Below, in pieces: positions 24,601 to 38,111 of a DNA stretch of 64,000 bases (position 1 is its first letter; every line of letters begins with the position of its first letter). The translations under genes were made by a program, and so were the position numbers. Origin of the DNA: Eledone cirrhosa (lineage: Eukaryota); assembly GCA_964016885.1 (NCBI GenBank), contig OZ024740.1, forward strand, positions 440,324,001 through 440,388,000, read 5' to 3'. Under the pieces are notes generated by a model, which was not told the DNA's origin, did no database searches, and saw only the letters and a program-made list of their open reading frames with translations.

Positions 24601-27600
24601 TATGGATGTAGAATGTGTGATATGGATGTAGAGCGATTGATATGGATGTAGAGTATGTGATATGGATGTAGAATGTGTGATATGGATGTAGAATGTGTGA
24701 TATGGATGTAGAGTGTGTGACATTGATGTAGAGTGTGTGATATGGATGTAGAATGTGTGATATGGATGTAGAGTGTGTGACATGGATGTAGAGTGTGTGA
24801 TATGGATGTAGATAGTATGATATGGATGTAGAGTGTGTGATATGGATATAGAATATGTGATATGAATGTAGAATGTTAGATATGGATGTAGAGTGTGTGA
24901 TATGGATGTAGAGTGTAGTTATATGGATGTAGAATGTGTAATATGGATGTAGAATTTGTGATATGGATGTAGAGTGTGTGATATGGATGTAGAATGTGTG
25001 ATATGGATGTAGAATGTGTGATATTGATGTAGAGTGTGTGATATGGATGTAGAGTGTGTGATATGGATGTAGAGTGTGCGATCCGGATGTAGGCGGTGTG
25101 ATATGGATGTAGAGTGTGTGATATGGATGTAGAATGTGTGATATGGATATAGAGTGCCTGATATGGATGTTGAGTGTGGGATATGGTTCTAGAGTGTGTG
25201 ATATGGATGTAGAGTGTGTGACATGGATGTAGAGTGTGTGATATGGATATAGAATGTGTGATATGGATGTAGAATGTGTGATATGGATGTAGAGTGTGTG
25301 ATATAGATGTAGAGTGTAGCGATTTGGATGTAGAATGGGTGATATGGATGTAGAGTGCCTGATATGGATGTAGAGTGTGTGATATAGATGTAGAATGTGT
25401 GATATGTATCTAGAATTTGTTATGTGGATGTAGAGTGTGTGATATGGATATAGAATGTGAGATATGGATTTAGAACGTGTGATATTGATGTAGAGTGTTT
25501 GATATAGATGTAGAGTGTGTGATATGGATGTAGAGTGTGTGATATGGATGTGGAATGTGTGATATGGATATAGAGTGCCTGATATGGATGTAGAGTGTGT
25601 GATATGGATGTAGTGTGTGTGATATGGATGTAGGATGTGTGATATAAATGTAGAATGTGTGATATGGATATAGAGTGTGTGATATGCATGTAGAGTGAGC
25701 GTTATGGTAGTAGGCAGTGTGATATGGATGTACAGTGAATGATGTGGATGTAGATTCTGTGATATGGATGTAGAATGTGTGATATGGATGTAGAATATAG
25801 TGATATGGATGTAGAGTGTGTGATATGGATGTAGAGTGTGCGATATTGATGTAGGCAGTGTGATATGGATGTAGAGTGAGTGATGTGGATGTAGAGTGTG
25901 TGATATGGATGTAGAGTGTGTGATATGGATGTAGAGTGTGTGATATGCATGTTGAATGTGTGATATAGATGTAGAATGTGTGATATAGATGTAGAGCGTG
26001 TTACATGGATGTAGTGTGTGTGATATGGATTTAGAATGTGTGATATGGATGGAGAATGTGTGATATCGATGCAGAGTGTTGTGATATGGATGTACAGTGT
26101 GTGATATGGATGTAGAGTGTGTGATATAGATATAGAATATGTGATATGGATCTAGAATGTGAGATATGGATGTAGAGTGTGTGATATGGATGTAGAGTGT
26201 AGTTATATGGATGTAGAATGTGTAATATGGATGTAGAATTTGTAATATGGATGTAGAGTGTGTGATATGGATGTAGAATGTGTGGTATTGATGTAGAATG
26301 TGTGATATTGATGTAGAGTGTGTGATATGGATGTAGAGTGTGTGATATGGATGTAGAGTGTGCGATATGGATGTAGGCAGTGTGATATGGATGTAGAGTG
26401 TGTGATATGAATGTAGAATGTGTGATATGGATATAGAGTGCCTGATATGGATGTTGAGTGTGTGATATGTTTGTAGAGTGTGTGATATGGATGTAGAATG
26501 TGTGATATGGTTGTCGAATGAGTGATATGGATGTAGAGTGTGTGACATTGATGTAGAGTGTGTGATATGGATAAAGAATGTGTGATATGGATGTAGAATG
26601 TGTGATATGGATGTAGAGAGTGTGATATAGATGTAGAGTGTAGCTATTTGGATGTAGAATGGGTGATATGGATGTAGAGTGCCTGATATGGATGTAGAGT
26701 GTGTTATATAGATGTAGAACGTGTGATATGTATCTAGAATTTGTTATGTGGATGTAGAGTGTGTGATATGGATATAGAATATGAGATATGGATGTAGAAT
26801 ATGTGATATTGATGTAGAGTGTTTGATATATATGTAGAGTGTGTGATTTGGATGTAGAGTGTGTGATATGGATGTAGAACGTGTGATATGGATATAGAGT
26901 GCCTGATATGGATGTAGAGTGTGTGATATGGATGTAGTGTGTGTGTGTGATATGGATGTAGGACGTGTGATATGAATGTAGAATGTGTGATATGGATATA
27001 GAGTGTGTGATATGCATGTAGAGTGAGCGTTATGGTAGTAGGCAGTGTGATATGGATGTACAGTGAATGATGTGGATGTAGATTCTGTGATATGGATGTA
27101 GAATGTGTGATATGGATGTAGTATATAGTGATATGGATGTAGAGTGTGTGATATGGATGTAGAATGTTTGATATTGATGTAGAATGTGTGATATGCATGT
27201 AGAATGTGTGATATGGATGTAGAGTGTAGTAATATGGATGTAGAATGTGTGACATGGATGTAGAATTTGTGATATGGATATAGAGTGTGTGATATGGATG
27301 TAGAGTGTGCGATATGGATTTAGGCAGTGTGATATGGATGTAGAGTGAGTGATGTGGATGTAGAGTGTGTTATATGGATGCAGAATGTGTGATATGGATG
27401 AAGAGTGTGTTATATGGATGAAGAACGTGTGATATGCATGTTGAATGTGTGATATGGATGTAGAATGTGTGATATGGATGTTGAGTGTGTGATATGGATG
27501 TAGAGTGTGTGATATGGATGTAGAATGTGTGATATAGATGTACAGCGTGTTACATGGATGTAGTCTGTGTGATATGGATGTAGAACATGTGATATGGATG

Positions 27601-29451
27601 TAGAACGTGTGATATCGATGTAGAGTGTGTGATATGGATGTAGAGTGTGTGATATGGATGGAGAGTGTGTGATATGGATGTAGAATGTGTGATATTGATG
27701 TAGAGTGTGTGATATGGATGTAGAGTGTAGCGATATGGATGTAGAATGTGTGATATGGATGTAGAGCGCCTGATATGGATGTAGAGTATGTGATATGGAT
27801 CTAGAATGTGCGATATGGATATAGAGTGTGTGATATGGATGGAGAGTGTGTGATATGGATGTAGAGTGTGTGATATTGATGTAGAGTGTGTGATATGGAT
27901 GTAGAGTGTAGCAATATGGATGTAGAATGTGTGATATGGATGTAGAGCGCCTGATATAGATGTAGAGTATGTGATATGGATCTAGAATGTGCGATATGGA
28001 TGTAGAGTGTGTGACATGGATGTAGAGTGTGTGATATGGATATAGAATATGTGATATAGATGTAGAATTTGAGATATGGATATAGAGTGTGTGATATGGA
28101 TGTAGAGTGTAGTTATATGGATGTAGAACGTGTAATATGGATGTAGAACTTGTGATATGGATGTAGAGTGTGTGAAATGGATGTAGAATGTGTGATATGG
28201 ATGTAGAGTGTGTGATATGGATGTAGAGTGTGCGTTATGGATGTAGGCAGTGTGATATGGATGGAGAGTGTGCGATATGGATGTAGAACGTGTGATATGG
28301 ATATAGAGTGCCTGATATGGATGTAGAGTGTGTGATATGGATGTAGGGTGTGTGATATGGATGTAGGATGTGTGATATGGATGTAGAATGTATGATATGG
28401 ATGTAGAATGTAGTGATAAGGATGCAGAGGGTGTTGTATGGATGTAGAATGTGTGATATGGATGTAGAATGTGTGATATGGATGTAGAATGTAGGGATAT
28501 GGATGTAGAGTGTGTGATATGGATGTAGAATGTGTGATATGGATGTAGAATGTGTGATATGGATGTAGAGTGTGTGATATGGATGTAGAGTGTAGTGATA
28601 TGGATGTAGAATGCGTGATATGGATGTAGAATGTGTGATATGGATGTAGAGTGTGTGATATGGATGTAGCGTGTGTGATATGGATGTAGAATGTGTGATA
28701 ATGTTGTCGAATGAGTGATATGGATGTAGAGTGTGTGACATGGATATAGAATGTGCCATATGGATATAGAGTGTGTGATATGGATGTAGGGTGTGTGATA
28801 TGCATATAGAGTGTGTGATATGGATATAGGGTGTGCATATGGATGTAGACTGTGTCATATGGATGTAGCGTGCCTGATATGCATGTATAGTATGTAATAT
28901 GGATGTAGAATGTGTGATATGAATGTAGAGCGTGTTACATGGATGTAGAGTGTGTGATATGGATGTAGAGTGTAGCGATATGGATGTAGAATGTGTGATA
29001 TGGATGTAGAGCGATTGATATGGATGTAGAGTATGTGATATGGATGTAGAATGTGTGATATGGATGTAGAATGTGTGATATGGATGTAGAGTGTGTGACA
29101 TTGATGTAGAGTGTGTGATATGGATGTAGAATGTGTGATATGGATGTAGAGTGTGTGACATGGATGTAGAGTGTGTGATATGGATGTAGATAGTATGATA
29201 TGGATGTAGAGTGTGTGATATGGATATAGAATATGTGATATGAATGTAGAATGTTAGATTTGGAAGTAGAGTGTGTGATATGGATGTAGAGTGTAGTTAT
29301 ATGGATGTAGAATGTGTAATATGGATGTAGAATTTGTGATATGGATGTAGAGTGTGTGATATGGATGTAGAATGTGTGATATGGATGTAGAATGTGTGAT
29401 ATTGATGTAGAGTGTGTGATATGGATGTAGAGTGTGTGATATGGATGTAGA
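9605..29451. repeat. Tandem duplication of a 9,918-bp satellite block (~9605-19533 matches ~19523-29451)
   Basis: Identical ORF translations recur at offset 9918 (11186/21104, 13666/23584, 14639/24557, 18317/28235). Boundaries were set by the first mismatches seen, at 9604/19522 and 19534/29452. Confidence 0.92.
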
Positions 29452-32233
29452 GTGTGCGATCCGGATGTAGGCGGTGTGATATGGATGTAGAGTGTGTGAT
29501 ATGGATGTAGAATGTGTGATATGGATATAGAGTGCCTGATATGGATGTTGAGTGTGGGATATGGTTCTAGAGTGTGTGATATGGATGTAGAGTGTGTGAT
29601 GTGGATGTAGAGTGTGTGATATGGATATAGAATGTGTGATATGGATGTAGAATGTGTGATATGGATGTAGAGTGTGTGATATAGATGTAGAGTGTAGCGA
29701 TTTGGATGTAGAATGGGTGATATGGATGTAGAGTGCCTGATATGGATGTAGAGTGTGTGATATAGATGTAGAATGTGTGATATGTATCTAGAATTTGTTA
29801 TGTGGATGTAGAGTGTGTGATATGGATATAGAATGTGAGATATGGATTTAGAACGTGTGATATTGATGTAGAGTGTTTGATATAGATGTAGAGTGTGTGA
29901 TATGGATGTAGAGTGTGTGATATGGATGTAGAATGTGTGATATGGATATAGAGTGCCTGATATGGATGTAGAGTGTGTGATATGGATGTAGTGTGTGTGA
30001 TATGGATGTAGTATGTGTGATATGAATGTAGAATGTGTGATATGGATATAGAGTGAGTGATGTGGATGTAGAGTGTGTGATATGGTTGTCGAATGAGTGA
30101 TATGGATGTAGAGTGTGTGACATGGATGTAGAGTGTGTGATATGGATATAGAATGTGTGATATGGATGTAGAATGTGTGATATGGATGTGGAGTGTGTGA
30201 TATGTATGTAGAGTGTAGCGATATGGATGTAGAATGTGTGATATGGATGTAGAGTGCCTGATATGGATGTAGAGTGCGTTATATGGATGTAACCTGTGTG
30301 TGATATGGATGTAGAGTGTAGTGATATGGATGTAGAGTGTTTGATATGGATGTAGAGTGTGTGATATGGATGTGGATTGTGTGATATGGATGTAGAATGT
30401 GTGATATGGATGTAGAGTGTGTGATATGGATGTAGGATGTGTGATATGCTTGTAGAATGTGTGATATGGATATATAGTGTGTGATATGGATGTAGAGTGA
30501 GCGATATGGATGTAGGCAGTGTGATATGGATGTACAGTGAGTGATGTGGATATAGATTCTGGGATATGGATGTAGAGTGTGTGATATTGATGTAATATGT
30601 GTGATATGGAAGTAGAATGTGTGATATTGATGTAGACTGTGTGATATGGGTGTAGAATGTAGTGATACTTATGTAGAGTGTGTGATATCGATGTAGAGTG
30701 TGTGATATGGATGTAGAGTGTGTGATATGGATGTAGAGAGTGTGATATGGATGTAGAGTGTGTGATATGGATGTAGAATGTGTGATATGGATGTAGCGTG
30801 TGCTATATGAATGTAGTGTGTGATATGGATGCACAGTGTGTGATATGGATGTAGAGTGTGCGATATGGATGTAGAATGTGTGATATGGATGTAGAAAGTG
30901 TTATATGGATGTAGAGTGTGTGATATGGATGTAGAATATGTGATATGGATGTAGAATGTGTGAGATGGTTGTAGACTTTGTGATATGGACGTAGAGTATG
31001 TGCTATGGATGTAGAATGTGTGATATGGATGTAGAGTGCCTCATATGGATGTGGAATGTGTGATATGGATGTAGAATGTGTGATATGGATCTAGAATTTG
31101 TTATATGGATGTAGAATGTGTGATATGGATATAGAATGTGTGATATGGATGTACAACGTGTAATATTGATGTAGAGTGTGTGGTATGGATGTAGAGTGTG
31201 TGATATGGATGTGGTGTGTGTGATATGGATGAAGAATGTGTGATATGGATGTAGAGAGTGTGATATGGCTGTAGAGTGTGTGGTATAGATATAGAGTGTA
31301 GTGATATGGATGTAGAGTGTTTGATATGGATGTAGAGTGTGTGATATGGATGTATAGTGTGTGATATGCATATAGAGTGTGTGATATGGATATAGGGTGT
31401 GCGATATGAATGTAGAGTATGTGATATGGATGTAGAATGTGTGATATGGATTTAGAGTGCCTGATATGGATGTAGAGTGTGTGATACGGATGTAGAATGT
31501 GTGATATGGATCTAGAATTTGTTATATGGATGTAGAATGTGTGATATGGATGTTGAATGTGTGATATGGATGTAGAATGTGTCATATCGATATAGAGTGT
31601 GTTATATGGATGTAGAGTGTGTGATATGGAAGTAGAGTGTGTGATATGGATGTAGAATGTGTGATATGGATGTAGAGTGTGTGATATGGATGTAGAGTCT
31701 AGCGATATGGATGTAGAATGTGTGACATGGATGTAGAATGTGTGATATGGATGTAGATTGTAGCGATATGCATGTAGAATGTGTGATATGTATGTAGAGT
31801 GCCTGATATAGATATAGAGTGTGTGATATGTATGTAGAATGTGTGATATGGATGTAGACTGTGTAATATTGATATAGAGTGTGTGATATGGATGTAGAGT
31901 GTGTGATATGGATGTACAGTGTGTGATATGGATGTAGAATGTGTGATATGGATGTAGAGTACCTGATATGTATGTAGAGTGTGTGATATGGATCTAGAAT
32001 TTGTTATATGGATGTAGAGAGTGTGATATGGATATAGAATGTGTGATATGGACGTAGAATGTGTAATATTGATGTAGAGTGTGTGATATGGATGTAGAGT
32101 GTGTGATATGGATGTAGAATGTGTGATATGGATGTAGAGTACCTGATATGTATGTAGAGTGTGTGAAATGGATCTAAAATTTGTTATATGGATGTAGAGA
32201 GTGTGATATGGATATAGAATGTGTGATATGGAC

Positions 32234-35200
32234 GTAGAATGTGTAATATTGATTTATAGTGTGTGATGTGGATGTAGAGTGTGTGATATGGATGTAGAGT
32301 GTGTGATATGGATATAGAGTGTGTGACATGGATGTAGAGTGGGTTATATGGATGTAGAGTGTGTGATATGGATGTAGATTTTGTGATATGGATGTAGAGC
32401 GTGTGACACGGATGTAGAGTGTGTAATATGGATGTAGAATGTATCATATAGATGTAGAATTTGTGGTATGGATGTAGAGCGTGTGATATGGATGTAGAGT
32501 GTGTGATATAGATGCAGAGCGTGTGATATGCATGTAGCGTGTGCGATATGAATGTAGTGTGTGATATGGATGTAGAGTCTGTGATATGGATGTAGAGTGT
32601 GCGATATGCCTGTAGAATGTGTGATATGGATGTAGAGTGTGCAATATGAATGTAGTGTGTGATATGGATGCAGAGTGTGTGATATGGAGGTAGAGTGTGC
32701 GATATGGATGTAGAATGTGTGATATGGATGTAGAAAGTGTGATATGTATGTAGAGTATTTGATATAGATGTAGAATGTGTGATATGGTTGTCGAATGAGT
32801 GGTATGGTTGTAGAGTGTGTGACATGGTTGTAGAGTGTGTGACATGGATGTAGAATGTGTGATATGGATGTAGAATGTGGGATATGGATGTAGAGTGCCT
32901 GATATGGATGTAGAGTGTGTGATATGGATATAGAAGGTGTGATATGGATGTAGAATGTGTAATATTGATGTAGAATGTGTGACATGGATGTAGAATGTGT
33001 GATATGGATGTAGAATGTGTGATATGGATGTAGAGTGCCTGATATGGATGTAGAGTGTGTGATATGGATATAGAATGTGTAATAAGGATGTAGAACGTGA
33101 AATATTGATGTAGAGTGTGTGATATGAATGTAGAATGTGTGATATGGATGTAGAACGTGTGATATGGATGTGCAATGTAGTTATATGGATGTAGCGTGTG
33201 TTATATGGATGTAGAATGAGTTATATGGATGTAGAATGTGTAATATGGATGTAGAATATGTGATATGGATGTAGAGTGTAGTGATATGGATGTAGAATGT
33301 GTGATATGGATATAGAGTTGTAATATGGATGTAGAGTGTGTAATATGGATGTAGGCAGTGTGATATGGATGTACAGTGAGTGATGTGGATGTAGAGTGTG
33401 TGATATGGATGTGGAATGTGTGATATGGATGTAGAAAGTGTGATTCTGATGTAGACTGTGTGATATGGATGTAGTGTGTGTGATATGAATGTAGACAGTG
33501 TGATATGGATGTAGAGTGTGTCAGATGGATGTAGAATGTGTTATATGGATGTAGAGTGTGTGATATGGATGTAGAGTGAGTGATATGTATGTAGAATGTG
33601 TGATATGGACGTAGAGTGTGTGATATGGATGAAGAATGCGTGATATGGATGTAGAAAGTGTGACATGGATGTAGAGTGTGTAATATGGATGTAGAGTGTA
33701 GTTATATGGATGTAGAATGTGTGATGTGGTTGTCGAATGAGTGATATGTATGTAGAGTGTGTGACATGGATGTAGAATGTGTGCTATGGATGTAGAATGT
33801 GTGATATGGATGTAGAGTGTGTGATATGGATGTAGAGTGTAGCGATATGCATGTAGAATGTGTGATATGGATGTAGAAGGTGTGATATGGATAAAGAGTG
33901 CCTGATATGTATGTAGAGTGTGTGATATGGATGTAGAATGTGTGATATGGATGTAGAGTGTGTGATATAGATGTAGAATGTGTGATATGGATGTAGAGTT
34001 GTGGTATGGATGTAGGGTATAGTGATATAGATGTAGAATGTGTGATATTGATGTAGAGTGTGTGATATAGATGTAGAGTGTGAGATATGGATGTAGAGTG
34101 TGTGATATTGATGTAGAATATGTGATATGGATGTAGAGTGTGTGATATGGATGTAGAGTGTGTGATATGAATGTAACCTGTGTGTGACATGGATGTAGTA
34201 TGTATGATATGGATGTAGAATGTGGGATATGGATGTAACCTGTGTGTGATATAGATGTAGAGTGTAGTGATATGGATGTAGAGTCTTTGATATGGATGTA
34301 GAGTGTGTGATATGGATGTGGAATGTGTGATATGGATGTAGAATGTGTAATATTGATTTATAGTGTGTGATGTGGATGTAGAGTGTGTGATATGGATGTA
34401 GAGTGTGTGATATGGATATAGAGTGTGTGACATGGATGTAGAGTGGGTTATATGGATGTAGAGTGTGTGATATGGATGTAGATTTTGTGATATGGATGTA
34501 GAGCGTGTGACACGGATGTAGAGTGTGTAATATGGATGTAGAATGTATCATATAGATGTAGAATTTGTGGTATGGATGTAGAGCGTGTGATATGGATGTA
34601 GAGTGTGTGATATAGATGCAGAGCGTGTGATATGCATGTAGCGTGTGCGATATGAATGTAGTGTGTGATATGGATGTAGAGTCTGTGATATGGATGTAGA
34701 GTGTGCGATATGCCTGTAGAATGTGTGATATGGATGTAGAGTGTGCAATATGAATGTAGTGTGTGATATGGATGCAGAGTGTGTGATATGGAGGTAGAGT
34801 GTGCGATATGGATGTAGAATGTGTGATATGGATGTAGAAAGTGTGATATGTATGTAGAGTATTTGATATAGATGTAGAATGTGTGATATGGTTGTCGAAT
34901 GAGTGGTATGGTTGTAGAGTGTGTGACATGGTTGTAGAGTGTGTGACATGGATGTAGAATGTGTGATATGGATGTAGAATGTGGGATATGGATGTAGAGT
35001 GCCTGATATGGATGTAGAGTGTGTGATATGGATATAGAAGGTGTGATATGGATGTAGAATGTGTAATATTGATGTAGAATGTGTGACATGGATGTAGAAT
35101 GTGTGATATGGATGTAGAATGTGTGATATGGATGTAGAGTGCCTGATATGGATGTAGAGTGTGTGATATGGATATAGAATGTGTAATAAGGATGTAGAAC

Positions 35201-36452
35201 GTGAAATATTGATGTAGAGTGTGTGATATGAATGTAGAATGTGTGATATGGATGTAGAACGTGTGATATGGATGTGCAATGTAGTTATATGGATGTAGCG
35301 TGTGTTATATGGATGTAGAATGAGTTATATGGATGTAGAATGTGTAATATGGATGTAGAATATGTGATATGGATGTAGAGTGTAGTGATATGGATGTAGA
35401 ATGTGTGATATGGATATAGAGTTGTAATATGGATGTAGAGTGTGTAATATGGATGTAGGCAGTGTGATATGGATGTACAGTGAGTGATGTGGATGTAGAG
35501 TGTGTGATATGGATGTGGAATGTGTGATATGGATGTAGAAAGTGTGATTCTGATGTAGACTGTGTGATATGGATGTAGTGTGTGTGATATGAATGTAGAC
35601 AGTGTGATATGGATGTAGAGTGTGTCAGATGGATGTAGAATGTGTTATATGGATGTAGAGTGTGTGATATGGATGTAGAGTGAGTGATATGTATGTAGAA
35701 TGTGTGATATGGACGTAGAGTGTGTGATATGGATGAAGAATGCGTGATATGGATGTAGAAAGTGTGACATGGATGTAGAGTGTGTAATATGGATGTAGAG
35801 TGTAGTTATATGGATGTAGAATGTGTGATGTGGTTGTCGAATGAGTGATATGTATGTAGAGTGTGTGACATGGATGTAGAATGTGTGCTATGGATGTAGA
35901 ATGTGTGATATGGATGTAGAGTGTGTGATATGGATGTAGAGTGTAGCGATATGCATGTAGAATGTGTGATATGGATGTAGAAGGTGTGATATGGATAAAG
36001 AGTGCCTGATATGTATGTAGAGTGTGTGATATGGATGTAGAATGTGTGATATGGATGTAGAGTGTGTGATATAGATGTAGAATGTGTGATATGGATGTAG
36101 AGTTGTGGTATGGATGTAGGGTATAGTGATATAGATGTAGAATGTGTGATATTGATGTAGAGTGTGTGATATAGATGTAGAGTGTGAGATATGGATGTAG
36201 AGTGTGTGATATTGATGTAGAATATGTGATATGGATGTAGAGTGTGTGATATGGATGTAGAGTGTGTGATATGAATGTAACCTGTGTGTGACATGGATGT
36301 AGTATGTATGATATGGATGTAGAATGTGGGATATGGATGTAACCTGTGTGTGATATAGATGTAGAGTGTAGTGATATGGATGTAGAGTCTTTGATATGGA
36401 TGTAGAGTGTGTGATATGGATGTGGAATGTGTGATATGGATGTAGAATGTGT
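32234..36452. repeat. Tandem duplication of a 2,104-bp satellite block
   Basis: Identical ORFs at 32344/34448 and 32444/34548. The rare variant GATTTATAGT recurs at this offset (~32251 and ~34355). Confidence 0.9.
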
Positions 36453-38111
36453 GATAAGGATGTAGAGTGTTTGATATGGATGTAGAGAGTATGATATGGA
36501 TGTAGAGTGTGTGATATGGATGTAGAATGTGTGATGTTGTTGTCGAATGAGTGATATGGATGTAGATTGTGTGACATGGATGTAGAATGTGTGATATGGA
36601 TGTAGAATGTGTGATATGGATGTAGAGTGAGTGATATGATTGTAGATTGTAGCGATATGCATGTAGAATGTGTGATATGGATATAGAGTGTGTGATATGG
36701 ATGTAGAATATGTGATATGGATGTAGAATGTGTGATATAGATGTAGAATGTAGTGATATGGATGTTGAGTGTGTGATATGGATGTAGAACGTGTGATATG
36801 GATATAGAGTGCCTGATATGGATGTAGAGTGTGTGATATGGATGTAGAATATGTGATATGGATGTAGAGCGTGTGACATGGATGTAGAGTGTGTAATAAG
36901 GATGTAGAATGTGTCATATGGATGAAGAGTGTGTGATATGGATGTAGAACTTGTGATATGGATATAGAGTGTGTGATATGGAAAAAGACTGTACCACATA
37001 GATGTAGGCAGTGTGATATGGATGTACAGTGAGTGATGTGGATGTAGAGTGTGTTATATGGATGTAGAGTGTGTGATATGGATGTAGAGTGTGTGATATG
37101 GATGTAGAATGTGTGATATGGACGTAGAGTGTGTGATATGGATGAAGAATGTGTGATATGGATGTTGAATGTGTGATGTAGTTGTAGAATGTGTGATATG
37201 GATATAGAGTGTAGTTATATGGATGTAGAACGTGTGATATATATGTAGAGTGTGTGATATGGATGTACAGTGTAGCGATATGCATGTAGAATGTGTGATA
37301 TGTATGTAGAGTGCCTGATATGGATGTAGAGTGTGTGATATGGATGTAGATTGTGTAATATTGATGTAGAGTGTGTGATATGGATGTAGAGTGTGTGATA
37401 TGGATGTAGAGTGTGTGATATGGATGTAGATTGTGTAATATTGATGTAGAGTGTGTGATATGGATGTAGAGTGTGTGATATGGATGTAGAGTGGGTGATA
37501 TGGATGTAGAGTGGGTGAAATGGATGTAGAGTATGTGATATGGATGTAGAAAGTGTGATATGGATATAGAGTGGCTGATATGGATGTAGAGTGTGTGATA
37601 TGGATGTAGAGTGTGTAATATGGATGTAGAATGTATCATATGTATGTAGAATTTGTGGTATGGATGTAGAGCGTGTGATATGGATATAGAGTGTGTGATA
37701 TGGATGTAGAGTGTGTGATATGGATGTAGAGTGTGTGATATGGATGTAGAGTGTGCGATATGCATGTAGAATGTGTGATATGGATGTAGCGTGTGCGATA
37801 TGAATGTAGTGTGTGATATGGATGTAGAGTGTGTGATATGGATGTAGAGTGTGCGATATGGATGTAGAATGTGTGATATGGATGTAGAAAGTGTGATATG
37901 GTTATCGAATGAGTGATATGGATGTAGAGTGTGTGACATGGATGTAGAATGTGTGATATGGATGTAGAATGTGTGATATGGATGTAGAGTGCCTGATATG
38001 GATGTAGAGTGTGTGATATGGATATAGAACGTGTAATAAGGATGTAGAACGTGTAATATTGATGTAGAGTGTGTGATATGGATGTAGAGTGTGTGATATG
38101 CATGTAGAGTG

